64,000 nt of DNA from Deltaproteobacteria bacterium (GCA_020346465.1 CP070783.1:1666614-1730613); one strand, 5' to 3'; positions 28,740-37,976 are shown, counted from the stretch's first letter. Notes: a model not told the origin generated them from the letters alone. A program made the numbers and translations.

Positions 28740-28776
28740 GAGCGAGGAACCGAAGGCGGAACCGGCGGGGCCCCGG
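28740..28776. repeat. Internally deleted/degenerate copy of the same repeat, forward orientation
   Basis: GAGCGAGGAA..CGGAACCGGC joined directly to GGGGCCCCGG; these three blocks occur in the same order in and just beyond copy 1. Confidence 0.5.
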
Positions 28777-28786
28777 GCAGGGCCTC

Positions 28787-29206
28787 TTACCCGGTCAGTG
28801 CTTTCCGGAGGTCCTTCGGGATGGGGGTCGGCCGCCAGGAGGCGTCGATGGAGCGGCAGGAGATCTTCCCCTCCGCGGCGAGAAGATCCTTTCCCGCCAC
28901 GGTCCGGAAGAGGGAGAACCCGAACGTCGCTCCCTTCTCCTCGACCCGCAGGATGCGGGTCCGCAGGATGAGCAGATCGTCGAACCGGACCGGCGACCGG
29001 TACCGGCACTGCGTGCCGATCACGGGAAATCCGAACCCGCGCTTGACGTTCCGGTAGACCCCGTCGGGGGACTGCCCCCGCGACCGGAGGAACTCGTCCA
29101 TCCCCCGCTTGAAGTAGTCGAGGATGGCGGCAAAGTACGCCACGCCGTACGGGTCGGTCTCCCCGAACCGGACCCGGATTTCGATGGTGTGGGAAGCGGT
29201 GGCCAT
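28787..29206 (-). CDS. Hot-dog fold acyl-CoA thioesterase (YbgC/FadM-like)
   Basis: IRVRFGETDPYGVAYF..Y.DYF; CRYRSPVRFDD. Confidence 0.85.
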   Translation of the reverse strand: MATASHTIEIRVRFGETDPYGVAYFAAILDYFKRGMDEFLRSRGQSPDGVYRNVKRGFGFPVIGTQCRYRSPVRFDDLLILRTRILRVEEKGATFGFSLFRTVAGKDLLAAEGKISCRSIDASWRPTPIPKDLRKALTG

Positions 29207-29290
29207 CGTCCCCCCCGGCATCGCACCGTTTCCGGCATTCATACCACAAAATGCGTGTCCCGCGGGGGGGGAAAAGGATAGAGTAATCGC

Positions 29291-30373
29291 ATGCGGCGCA
29301 TATCGCTTTCCAGAACGACCGGGGGGAGCCTTGTCATCCTGGCCGTCCTCGGCACGATCGCCCTTCTCTACTTCGCCGCGTCGGTTTTCATCACCGTTCT
29401 CTCCTCGATCCTGATCGCCCTGGCGCTGGAGCCGTTCGTCCAGTTCGTCGACCGGAAGGCGAAGGCCGGCCGGAGGGCCTCCAGCATGGTCGTCGGATTT
29501 CTGGCGATCGCCCTCCTCTACGGACTCCTCTACCTGGTCTACCGGAGCGCGCAGCAGCTGTTCTCCGACCTGCCCCTCCTGGTCGAGCAGATCCGGAACG
29601 CCCCTCTGGTGCAGGACATCATCGACCGGATCTACCAGGTCACGGAGACCCTGAGCGAAGCGGGGAGGAGCATCACTCCGCCGCCCGGGTCGGCCGCCGA
29701 AACGGGGAACGAGGTCGTGCTCCGGGGCGGGAACTCCTGGCCCGACGTCGTCTTCCACGGCCTCGGATCGGTGAGCACGATCGTGTTCTCTCTCTCCTTC
29801 ATCCCCTTCCTGGTCTACTTCATCCTCGCGGAGAAGGAGCCGCTCTCCCGGAAAACCCGCGAGCTGTTCCCCGCGGAGCAGCAGGAGATCGCCCGTTCGA
29901 TCATCCACGACATCGAGCGGATGATGCAGCGGTTTCTCATCGGCAACGCGATCGTGGCGGGGATCCTGAGCGTGGTCACCACCCTCCTCTTTCTCGTGGT
30001 GGGGCTGCCCTACTGGGTCGCGCTCGGGATCCTGAGCGGGATCCTCTCCACGATCCCGTACCTGGGCCTCCCGCTCGCCCTCCTGCCCGCGCTGGTCGTG
30101 GGACTGGTCACCTTCGAAAGCGGGGTGCCCATCCTCGTGATCATCATTATCGTCTCCCTGATCCACCTGGTGGCCATCAACTATCTGATCCCGAAGCTCG
30201 TCGGGAGGGGAGTCCGGCTGAACGCGGTCGCGGCGACGGTGTCGATCATGTTCTTCGGGTGGATGTGGGGGGGGATGGGTCTCGTCCTGGGGATTCCGAT
30301 CGTCGCCGTCACGAAATGCATCCTCGAGAACATTCCGGTCACGCAGCATCTCGGCCAGTGGCTCGGGGAGTAA
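29291..30373 (+). CDS. AI-2E family transporter
   Basis: TM pattern; LSTIPYLG, NYLIPKLVG..LN..WGGMGLVLGIP. Confidence 0.85.
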   Translation: MRRISLSRTTGGSLVILAVLGTIALLYFAASVFITVLSSILIALALEPFVQFVDRKAKAGRRASSMVVGFLAIALLYGLLYLVYRSAQQLFSDLPLLVEQIRNAPLVQDIIDRIYQVTETLSEAGRSITPPPGSAAETGNEVVLRGGNSWPDVVFHGLGSVSTIVFSLSFIPFLVYFILAEKEPLSRKTRELFPAEQQEIARSIIHDIERMMQRFLIGNAIVAGILSVVTTLLFLVVGLPYWVALGILSGILSTIPYLGLPLALLPALVVGLVTFESGVPILVIIIIVSLIHLVAINYLIPKLVGRGVRLNAVAATVSIMFFGWMWGGMGLVLGIPIVAVTKCILENIPVTQHLGQWLGE

Positions 30374-30378
30374 AGGAA

Positions 30379-30413
30379 AAAGGCCCGGCGGCCTGAAGAG
30401 CCGCCGGGCCTTT
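30379..30413. terminator. Probable bidirectional intrinsic terminator
   Basis: AAAGGCCCGGCGGC-N7-GCCGCCGGGCCTTT between convergent genes. Confidence 0.85.
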
Positions 30414-30473
30414 CCGTTTCCTGCCGCGGGGATCGTGCCCTCTCCCCGGGCCCCAACCGGTTCTCCGCCTGTC

Positions 30474-32099
30474 TCAGGCCCCCGGCTGGCGCAGCATCCT
30501 GCGCAACAGTTTCCCCACCGCGGTGCGGGGCATGGCGTCGATGAACTCGATCTCCCGCGGGAGCTTGTAGACGGCGATCTTCCCCTTGCAATGCTCGATC
30601 AGCGCTTTTTTCAGGTCGTCCGACGGGGCCGTGCCCGCCTTGAGCACCACGAACGCCTTCGTCTTCTGCCCCATGACCGGGTCGGGGACCCCGACGACGC
30701 CCGCATCGGCCACGGCCGGGTGGGTGACCAGCGCCTCCTCGATCTCCTCCGGCCCGATCCGGTAGCCGGACGACTTGATGAGGTCGTCCTCCCGGGAGAG
30801 GAACTGGACGTTTCCCAGTTCGTCCATCGTCACCACGTCGCCGGCCAGGCACCATCCGTCCCGGACCGCCGACTTCTGCTTGTCGTTGTCCTTCCAGTAG
30901 ATCGTGCCCGTAGGCCCCTGCACGATCATCTTGCCGACCTCGCCCGGCTTGACGTCCTGGAATTCCTCGTTGACGACCTTCACGATGTAGCCCGGGCAGG
31001 CCGAACCGATCCAGCCCGGCTTGACCTTCTTGGTCACCGCCGCGGAGATGAAGACGAACATCATCTCCGTGGTGCCCAGCCCCTCGTAGATCTCGAGCCC
31101 GAACTTCTCCTTCCAGTCGAGGTACGTCTTGGCGGTGAGCGCCTCGCCTCCGCCGGTGCAGAACCGAAGGGAGGAGAAGTCGTACTCCTTGGGGTCGATG
31201 TCGACGAGCATCTTCCGGTACGCGGTGGGCAGCGCCGACATGATCGTGATCTTGTGGTTCTGGATGTTCTTGGCCATCGCCACCGGCTCGAACCGGGGGA
31301 TCAGGGATACGGCCGCCCCGTACCGGAACGGAATGACCGCCACGGTGGAGTAGCCGGCCGCCATGGCGATCGGGGCCGGGCCGCCGATCACGTCCTTGTC
31401 GGTGACCTCCCAGCAGACCTTCCCGAACCCGTCGGCGACGATCAGCGACTCCTCCATGAAGTGGGCCGTCCCCTTGGGCAGACCCGTCGTCCCGGAAGTG
31501 AACAGGAGCACCGAGACGTCCATCCGGTCCCGCTTGACCGCCTCGCACTGGTCCGGGTTCTTCATCAGGTCCGGGTACGGGGTATACCCCTTCGCCCGGA
31601 CCTCGTTCTCGTCCCCGCCGACCACGACGATCGTCTGGACCGTCTTGAGGTCCGGTTTGGCCGCCTCGACCTCGCCGAGCATGGCGGCAGCGACGATCAT
31701 GACCTTTGCCTCGGCCAGGTTCGCCACGTGGGCGATCTCGGTGCGGGCGAACAGCACCGAGGTGGGAAGCGAAACCGCCCCGATCTTGATGATGGCGAAG
31801 TTGCAGACGATCGCGGGAGGGATGTTGGGCATCCGGAGGAGTACCCGGTCGCCCTCCTCGACGCCGAGCTTTTTCAGGCCGTTGGCGACGCGGTTGACGC
31901 TCGCCTGAAGCTGCTTGTAGGTGATCCGCTGCTCATCGAAATAGACGGCGACCTTGTCGCCGTGCGTCGCGGCGGTCTGGTCGAGCAGGACCTCTGTGGA
32001 ATTGAACTTCTGCGGGATGTTCTTGAACTCGTCGAGCGTGTAGACCCGCTTGGGCCGCAGCTCCGGCGGCGGCAGGTAACTCTCGGGTATCTTCCCCAT
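30474..32099 (-). CDS. Acyl/aryl-CoA ligase (benzoate/2-aminobenzoate-CoA ligase-like)
   Basis: LFTSGTTGLPKG, YEGLGTTE, LAGDVV, DDLIKSSGYRIGPEEIE, PRTAVGKLLRR; N-terminal YLPPPEL..F resembles aminobenzoate ligases. Confidence 0.85.
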   Translation of the reverse strand: MGKIPESYLPPPELRPKRVYTLDEFKNIPQKFNSTEVLLDQTAATHGDKVAVYFDEQRITYKQLQASVNRVANGLKKLGVEEGDRVLLRMPNIPPAIVCNFAIIKIGAVSLPTSVLFARTEIAHVANLAEAKVMIVAAAMLGEVEAAKPDLKTVQTIVVVGGDENEVRAKGYTPYPDLMKNPDQCEAVKRDRMDVSVLLFTSGTTGLPKGTAHFMEESLIVADGFGKVCWEVTDKDVIGGPAPIAMAAGYSTVAVIPFRYGAAVSLIPRFEPVAMAKNIQNHKITIMSALPTAYRKMLVDIDPKEYDFSSLRFCTGGGEALTAKTYLDWKEKFGLEIYEGLGTTEMMFVFISAAVTKKVKPGWIGSACPGYIVKVVNEEFQDVKPGEVGKMIVQGPTGTIYWKDNDKQKSAVRDGWCLAGDVVTMDELGNVQFLSREDDLIKSSGYRIGPEEIEEALVTHPAVADAGVVGVPDPVMGQKTKAFVVLKAGTAPSDDLKKALIEHCKGKIAVYKLPREIEFIDAMPRTAVGKLLRRMLRQPGA

Positions 32100-32179
32100 C
32101 CGTCCCTCCCTCCTTCAGTATGCGGTGCGGGCCGCGCGACCCCCCGCTGGCCCGCCTTACCGCTCTTGTTGGTCGACTC

Positions 32180-32554
32180 TCAGGCCTTTTCCAGAAGATT
32201 CTTCAGCGCCTCTTCGCAGCCCAGGGTGCGCTGCAGTTCCTTGTCGGACCGGGGAAAGGCTTCCACCGGGTAGCGGTCCGTCTCCTTCTCGAACACCAGG
32301 AGGGCAGGCACGGTCTTCCCGAAGTCTTCCTGGAGCGCCCCCTTCGCGCCGAACACCGCGCGCACCTGCGCCTTGGGACCCGTAAGCGCCGAGTTGTACG
32401 TCATGAAGGCGACCTGCTCGCCCTTTAGGTCGATGGCCTTGGCGTTTACGCCCTTGGCCGCAAGCTGATTCACGAGCTCGACCGCCTTCGCGTTGTTGGT
32501 GGTGAACGTGGCGCCGGGAGGAACCGTGCTGTCGTAATAGAATTCCACTTTCAT
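32180..32554 (-). CDS. Hypothetical protein, 124 aa (possibly thioredoxin-like fold)
   Basis: GGAGG RBS, GC3-biased codons; VEFYY..VPALLVF pattern. Confidence 0.7.
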   Translation of the reverse strand: MKVEFYYDSTVPPGATFTTNNAKAVELVNQLAAKGVNAKAIDLKGEQVAFMTYNSALTGPKAQVRAVFGAKGALQEDFGKTVPALLVFEKETDRYPVEAFPRSDKELQRTLGCEEALKNLLEKA

Positions 32555-32601
32555 GATCGTAGACCCTCCTTTGAAGAGATGGATGGAAGATTACCCCTCT
32601 T

Positions 32602-32657
32602 AAAAGGCAAAATCCACGGCCGCACCCGATTCTGCCCAAGGCGGCCGTGGATTTGCC
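32602..32657 (-). terminator. Intrinsic terminator-like hairpin
   Basis: GGCAAATCCACGGCCGC-N17-GCGGCCGTGGATTTTGCC followed by TTTT on the minus strand. Confidence 0.7.
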
Positions 32658-32705
32658 GCGTCGCTACTCTACCAGACCGGCGACGGTCGGTTCAAGAGAA
32701 CTTTT

Positions 32706-32879
32706 TTACTTCTTCTCGAAGAAGCCGCACTCCCCTTCGATCCCGTCGTCCTTCGGGATATTGATGGCGTAGGGCCACTCGAGCTTCATGCACGCCCCGA
32801 TGTAGACCTTGCTGATCTCGGGGTCGAGAGCCTTGCTGAAATGTTTGCAATTCTGGCAATCGGGAACAATTTTTGCCAC
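32706..32879 (-). CDS. Small four-cysteine protein, 57 aa (not in ORF track)
   Basis: GGAGG RBS, GTG start, MAKIVPDCQNCKHFSKALDPEISKVYIGACMKLEWPYAINIPKDDGIEGECGFFEKK, TAA. Confidence 0.8.
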   Translation of the reverse strand: MAKIVPDCQNCKHFSKALDPEISKVYIGACMKLEWPYAINIPKDDGIEGECGFFEKK

Positions 32880-32915
32880 GGTAATCCCTCCTATCGTAAA
32901 AAAATGGTCAAGCGA

Positions 32916-33311
32916 TCAGATGCCCGTGTAGAACATTTTCGGGATGCTCCCGATCAGGTCATCGCCCGTAAGCGGGGAACCGGAAACGGCCTTCCCGCGG
33001 ACGCTCTTCTTGATCGGGATCGGTTTCCCCTGGAAGTCCTCCCGGGCCTGCGGCGCGTCGGCCACCTTCCCCTTGGTTGTGATCGGCTTCCAGTCCTTCG
33101 ACTGGGCAAAGCCGGGCAGCTTGTCGTGCGGCGGCTTCCCTTCCTTCGGGGGCCCCTGCCGGTGGCCGTTTTCCAACGCGTACTCCCAGATCGCGTCGCA
33201 CCCGGCGCACTTGATCTTCCCCTTGAAGTTCCAGAACGTGAACGGGTCGAGATAGTTTATCGTGTCACACTTGGGGCATTGGAGTATGAGTGACGCTTCC
33301 TTAAATGGCAT
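32916..33311 (-). CDS. Zinc-ribbon protein of unknown function, 131 aa
   Basis: CPKC-x19-CAGC, followed by a Lys/Pro-rich C-terminal part. Confidence 0.8.
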   Translation of the reverse strand: MPFKEASLILQCPKCDTINYLDPFTFWNFKGKIKCAGCDAIWEYALENGHRQGPPKEGKPPHDKLPGFAQSKDWKPITTKGKVADAPQAREDFQGKPIPIKKSVRGKAVSGSPLTGDDLIGSIPKMFYTGI

Positions 33312-33334
33312 CGATTTTCCCCCTTATCGAGTCG

Positions 33335-34702
33335 TTAGGTGATCTCTTTCTCTTCCAGTTCCTTGATCCTGGAACCGCTGAACCCGCACAGCTTCGCGAG
33401 GATGTACTCGTTGTCCGCGCCGACCGGCTTGAAGGTCCACCGGACGCGGGGCGGCGTTTCGGACATCAGGCAGGGAAGCACCTGCGTCTGCACGTCGCCG
33501 AAGGTCGGGTCGTCGATCCAGGCCAGCGACCCGCGGAGGTGGAAGTGCTCCTGGCTCGAGACCTCCTTGGAGTTCCACACCGGCTGGGAGACGAGCCCGG
33601 CCTTCTTGAACTCCTCCCATACCTGCTCTTTGGTCTTGTCGGCCGCCCACTTGTCCAGCTCGGGGTAGATGGCGCTCTGCGCGTCCGCTCCCACCCGGTC
33701 CGCGTGGGTCGGGTATTTCTTCGCAAGGTCCGGCTTCCCGATGACCTTGCACAGATTCGCGAAGTCCTCGTCCTTGTAGGCCGACACGAAGCAGAAGCCG
33801 ACCTCCTGCTCCTGCGGGTTCTTCGAGTTCGGGTAGGAGGACTTCCCGCACTTGAGGATCCCGTGCACGCAGAGGAGCGGTTCCCAGTTCCCGAACCGCT
33901 GGGCGACGATGCCGGTCCTTCCGTAAAGAGCGATAAGATCGGTCAGGTGCCGCTGGGCGCCGTGCACCTGGGAGTACTCCAGGAAGTTCCCCTTGTTCGA
34001 AACGTTGTCCCGCCAGTAGAGGCAGGCGATGATGTTGAACGCCGAGATGGCGCCGCCCCAGTAGTCCATGATCCAGATGGTCTGCTTGGAGGGCATCCCG
34101 CCGTATTCCTTGTGCCATCCGGTGATCGAGAAGCAGCCGCCCTGGGCCTGGCCGAGGATGTCGTAGGAGGCGCGGTTACGCCCCGGCCCCCAGCCCCCGA
34201 ACCCCCCCATCCACTGGTAGACGACCCGGGGGTTGACCTGTGCGTGCTGCCGGTACCCGATTCCCCACCGGTCGAAGGTGCCCGCCCGGTAGTTCTCGCA
34301 GAAGACGTCGGTTTTGGCCGCCAGACGCTTCATGATCTGGATCGCTTCCGGCTTGTGGAAGTCGAGCGACATGAAGTATTCGTTCGGGTTGGCGCCGAAG
34401 AAGCCCAGCCCCGTCCCCTTGTCCGGCATCCACCGGGAGAGGGGATAAAGGAAAGGCTCGTTGAACGGGGTGGTGTGCCGCATCGGCTCGCCCCGCTTGG
34501 GAAGCTCTACCTTGATCGTCTCGGCGCCCAGCTCGGCGAGGTAGCTCGCGCAGGAGGGACCGAGGATGTACTGGGTCGTGGAGACGGCCCGGATACCTTT
34601 CAGCGTCTCGGGCTTCTCGAACCGCTTCGTCGTGTCGAAGACGGTCCGGCAGAAATCCTCGAACGTCATATCCTTCAGGTTTTTGCTGACCGCTGCAGTC
34701 AT
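33335..34702 (-). CDS. Family III (CaiB/BaiF) CoA-transferase, subunit B
   Basis: LKGIRAV..GPSCASYLAELGAETIKVE, RASYDILGQAQGG, IMDYWGG; ATG overlaps upstream TAA. Confidence 0.9.
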   Translation of the reverse strand: MTAAVSKNLKDMTFEDFCRTVFDTTKRFEKPETLKGIRAVSTTQYILGPSCASYLAELGAETIKVELPKRGEPMRHTTPFNEPFLYPLSRWMPDKGTGLGFFGANPNEYFMSLDFHKPEAIQIMKRLAAKTDVFCENYRAGTFDRWGIGYRQHAQVNPRVVYQWMGGFGGWGPGRNRASYDILGQAQGGCFSITGWHKEYGGMPSKQTIWIMDYWGGAISAFNIIACLYWRDNVSNKGNFLEYSQVHGAQRHLTDLIALYGRTGIVAQRFGNWEPLLCVHGILKCGKSSYPNSKNPQEQEVGFCFVSAYKDEDFANLCKVIGKPDLAKKYPTHADRVGADAQSAIYPELDKWAADKTKEQVWEEFKKAGLVSQPVWNSKEVSSQEHFHLRGSLAWIDDPTFGDVQTQVLPCLMSETPPRVRWTFKPVGADNEYILAKLCGFSGSRIKELEEKEIT

Positions 34703-36129
34703 TAGATCACCCCTCCCTTCCTGAGAGCTGCCAATTTCTCGCGGTCCAGGCCGGCGAGGCGGCGATACACGTCCTCGTTGTCCTGGCCGATCGTGCGGCC
34801 GATCCACTTGATCCGGCCCGGTGTGTTGCTGCCGATGAAGCTGGAGGCCCCGAGAAGGACCTTCCCGTAATTGACGTCGTCGCAGATCTCGATGTGTCCG
34901 CGGTATTTGTAGTGCGGGAATTCGCACACCTCGTCGAGGAAGGAAACGCCGCCGGACGCGACTTCCTCTTCCTGCAGCGCCTTTTCGCACTCGGCCCGGG
35001 TCTTGTCCTTGGTCCAGTCGCACATGGTCGTGTAGGTCTCGACCTGCATGTAGTGCGGCAGCCGGTCGGTCACCACGCGCAGCTTCGGGTCTTCACAGAT
35101 GTGCTGCTCGAGCTCGGGCCTGTCTTTGCCCACGGTCCGCCAGATCCGGAACCAGAGCCGGTCGTGCCCGCCGCCGACCATGATCTGCCCGTCGGCGCAC
35201 GGGTTCACCGCGTAGATGTTGATCGCCAGGTCCCAGTTCCCGTAACGCGGACGTACGGAGCCGTCCATGCCGTACCAGCCCCAGTTGTAGTCGATGATCC
35301 GGACGACGCCTTCGGCCGCCGTCCCTTCCACGAACTGGCCTTTCCCGAGAAACCTTTCCCGGGCGTAGAGGGCTGCCATCGCGCCCATCGCCGCGAAGGT
35401 GCCGCCGACCTGGTCGGCAAGCCACCACCCGGAGCGGGTCGGGGTGCCACCGAACGATACGGGGGCGCCGGTGCCGTGAACGAAACCCATCGAGCACTGC
35501 CCGACCGGGTCCATCGCCCCCGGCTGGTCCTTGAGCGGGCCCCACTGGCCGCGCTCGCCCACCCAGAGGTAGACGAGACGGGGGTTGATTTCGGAAAGCT
35601 GCCGGTAGCCGATCCCCAGCTTGTCGTAGTGCCCCGGCGGGGCGTTCTCGATCAGGATGTCGACCTGCGGGATGATCGATTTGAGCAGCGCCTGACCCTC
35701 TTTCGTCTCCACGTTGAGTGTGATGGAGAGTTTGTTCCTCGCCTCGGCGAGGAACCGCGGGCTGCACTTCTCGCCGTTGGCCGCGGCAAACTTGTATTCC
35801 TCACGACCGAAGGGCGCCCACTGGCGAAGCGGGTCGCCGCCCGTCGGCTCGACCATGATGACCTCCGCCCCCAGCTCCGAGAAGTGGGAGGAGCACCAGT
35901 GGCCGATGATCTGGCTCGTCGTCATGTCCAAGACGCGGATCCCGTCCAACGACTCCGGTTTGTCGGCGTTGAACTGCTGCCGGACCTGGGCTTCCACCCA
36001 CAGGGAGTATTCCTTCCGCTTCTCGTCCACGCCGGCATAAACCTCGTCGACCGTCGGCACTGGGACGGCGGGCCACGGAAGGACCTTGATTGTCGGCCGT
36101 TTTTTCTCAGTACGCCACTTTTCAGCCAT
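34702..36129 (-). CDS. Family III (CaiB/BaiF) CoA-transferase, subunit A
   Basis: LDGIRVLDMT, ELGAEVIMVEPTGGDPLR, RNKLSITLN, DILIEN, LADQVGG. Confidence 0.9.
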   Translation of the reverse strand: MAEKWRTEKKRPTIKVLPWPAVPVPTVDEVYAGVDEKRKEYSLWVEAQVRQQFNADKPESLDGIRVLDMTTSQIIGHWCSSHFSELGAEVIMVEPTGGDPLRQWAPFGREEYKFAAANGEKCSPRFLAEARNKLSITLNVETKEGQALLKSIIPQVDILIENAPPGHYDKLGIGYRQLSEINPRLVYLWVGERGQWGPLKDQPGAMDPVGQCSMGFVHGTGAPVSFGGTPTRSGWWLADQVGGTFAAMGAMAALYARERFLGKGQFVEGTAAEGVVRIIDYNWGWYGMDGSVRPRYGNWDLAINIYAVNPCADGQIMVGGGHDRLWFRIWRTVGKDRPELEQHICEDPKLRVVTDRLPHYMQVETYTTMCDWTKDKTRAECEKALQEEEVASGGVSFLDEVCEFPHYKYRGHIEICDDVNYGKVLLGASSFIGSNTPGRIKWIGRTIGQDNEDVYRRLAGLDREKLAALRKGGVI

Positions 36130-36360
36130 TCTCCCCCTCCTTCAAAAATTTACCTGCAAAAGCGCACTTCACAAACGTAACTCACACAGTAGGCTTTGCG
36201 CCCGGTTACTCTCTTTTCCCCCGCTAATCCCCCCTTTCCGTTTTCCCCAGGACAGGCCAAAAATCAAGACCCATCCCCGTCGGTTAAGATCGGGAAAACC
36301 CCAATAAAATCAACCTTTTTTTGCCGGGTGAGACGAACTGCTTTTAGAAATATGTTTTAT

Positions 36361-36390
36361 TTTATATCCTTGAAGGTGCTGGCCTGTCAA
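36361..36390 (-). promoter_or_regulatory. Candidate sigma70 promoter for the CoA-transferase operon
   Basis: TTGACA-N18-TATAAA with AT-rich upstream tract; implies a ~225-nt leader. Confidence 0.6.
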
Positions 36391-36401
36391 GCGAATTTTT
36401 A

Positions 36402-36608
36402 TTATAAAACCTCTTTTTGCCGCTTGAGGATCATCTGGCTCCCCACCGTGCCGTACGCGATGCCGTCGCGGTTCGGCGCGATGAGCGGGATGGCGGAAAC
36501 GAGCTCCCACCCGTTCCTTCCCGCCTCGTGCAGCCACTCCATGTCCGCCGTCAACCCCTCGGCCGTCTCCTTGAACATCACGATTTTTTCCATGTATTCA
36601 AATACCAT
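36402..36608 (-). CDS. Small DUF4177-like protein
   Basis: FEY.EK..L.EAGRNGWELVS..ILKR pattern. Confidence 0.65.
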   Translation of the reverse strand: MVFEYMEKIVMFKETAEGLTADMEWLHEAGRNGWELVSAIPLIAPNRDGIAYGTVGSQMILKRQKEVL

Positions 36609-36611
36609 AGG

Positions 36612-37976
36612 TCAGTTTTCCTCCTCCCCCAGGGTGTGGAGCGGTATCCCCGTGTTCTCCGCGATCATCGCGCGGATGGCGTCGAACATCTTCTGCCTTT
36701 CCTCCGCCCCGGAAGACATCATCCGCAGGGCGGCAACCGTGACCTGGTCGTAGAGCCTCTTTACCCCCTCCCCTTCCTGCCCGCCGCCCGAAATTTTCAA
36801 TATCGAACCGTGGTTGGAGACAAACGCTTCCTTCGTCAGGAACGAGATCTGCCGGCCGGCGTCCCCCAGTTCCCCGGGGGAGGAGGAGTGGAGGAACCGG
36901 GCGAGATGACGCGCCATCATCGCGGAGTCCATCCGGGCGTTGTCCTCCCGCAGGAGGCGCAGTTTCTCCTCTTCGGGCATCAGTTTCCACACGAGGAAGG
37001 AGACCGGCTTCGTCATGGCCATCCTTCCCGTGGAGTACCGGTCGAAAAAGTACGAGATCAGCCGGTCGTCGACGGATCCGGCTACCGCCAGGATCAGTTC
37101 CCTCAGAGGGTTTCCCGGGATTTCATAAAAGGAAGGGAACCGGGTCATGAACGGGGAAACGATCTCCCGAACCTCCTCGGTGGTCAGGATGTCCATGTGG
37201 ACGAGTGCGGACAGGCGCAGGTCCTTGAGCGACATCGTCTCCAGGGTCAGGCGCAGTTCCCTGAGTTTCCACCCCGGGGGGGCCTCCCGGGGATACCTCT
37301 CCATCCCGGGGCCAAGCAGAGTCTCCGGGTCGGCGGGAAGCCCCGCGACCCCGGCGGCGACGGTCCGGATTTGGGGCAGGATCTTTTCGCACTCTTCGAT
37401 CGACTTCGCCGAGACGGCTTTTGCCACCAGAGGCGCGATCTCGCGGGCGGCGGCGCGCAGATGCTCCAGGGAGACCGGCGCAAGGCGGTCCAGGAGGTCG
37501 AAATACAACGCGAATTCCAGAACCCCCTCGTTGAATCCGGGATCCGAGAGCATGTACGGCCGGAAGAGCATCCCCATCCGCGCGATCTCGCGGCACAGCC
37601 GCAGGGGGGAGACATCCCCGGGATGTTCCGCGATCTTGGGCCACTTCTCCCGGACCGCCATCTCCTGGTACTCTTCCTCTGTGAGGTACGGGGGGACGAA
37701 ACGCTCCCCTTCCTTTTTTTTCTCCAGAAGTTCCGCGATCGCGTATTCGGTGTAGGCCGGCACGAAGCCCTTCGCGAAGGCCCGAAGCTCCTGTTCGGTC
37801 CAATACTCCGTGTAGCCCGACAGGAGCCTGCCGCGCGCCTCCTCGTCGAGGCAGTCCCCGAAGATCCGCATGGTGAAGCGGAGTTGATCCTCTCCGAGCT
37901 TTTCCAGGTTGGCGATGATGTTGGCGCTGCGGTCCTCGAGACGGCGCCGCACCAGCTCGACGTACGATTCGATCAT
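36612..37976 (-). CDS. Hypothetical all-helical protein (~454 aa)
   Basis: Long ORF with normal protein composition; start 37976 or 38009; no family recognised. Confidence 0.75.
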   Translation of the reverse strand: MIESYVELVRRRLEDRSANIIANLEKLGEDQLRFTMRIFGDCLDEEARGRLLSGYTEYWTEQELRAFAKGFVPAYTEYAIAELLEKKKEGERFVPPYLTEEEYQEMAVREKWPKIAEHPGDVSPLRLCREIARMGMLFRPYMLSDPGFNEGVLEFALYFDLLDRLAPVSLEHLRAAAREIAPLVAKAVSAKSIEECEKILPQIRTVAAGVAGLPADPETLLGPGMERYPREAPPGWKLRELRLTLETMSLKDLRLSALVHMDILTTEEVREIVSPFMTRFPSFYEIPGNPLRELILAVAGSVDDRLISYFFDRYSTGRMAMTKPVSFLVWKLMPEEEKLRLLREDNARMDSAMMARHLARFLHSSSPGELGDAGRQISFLTKEAFVSNHGSILKISGGGQEGEGVKRLYDQVTVAALRMMSSGAEERQKMFDAIRAMIAENTGIPLHTLGEEEN

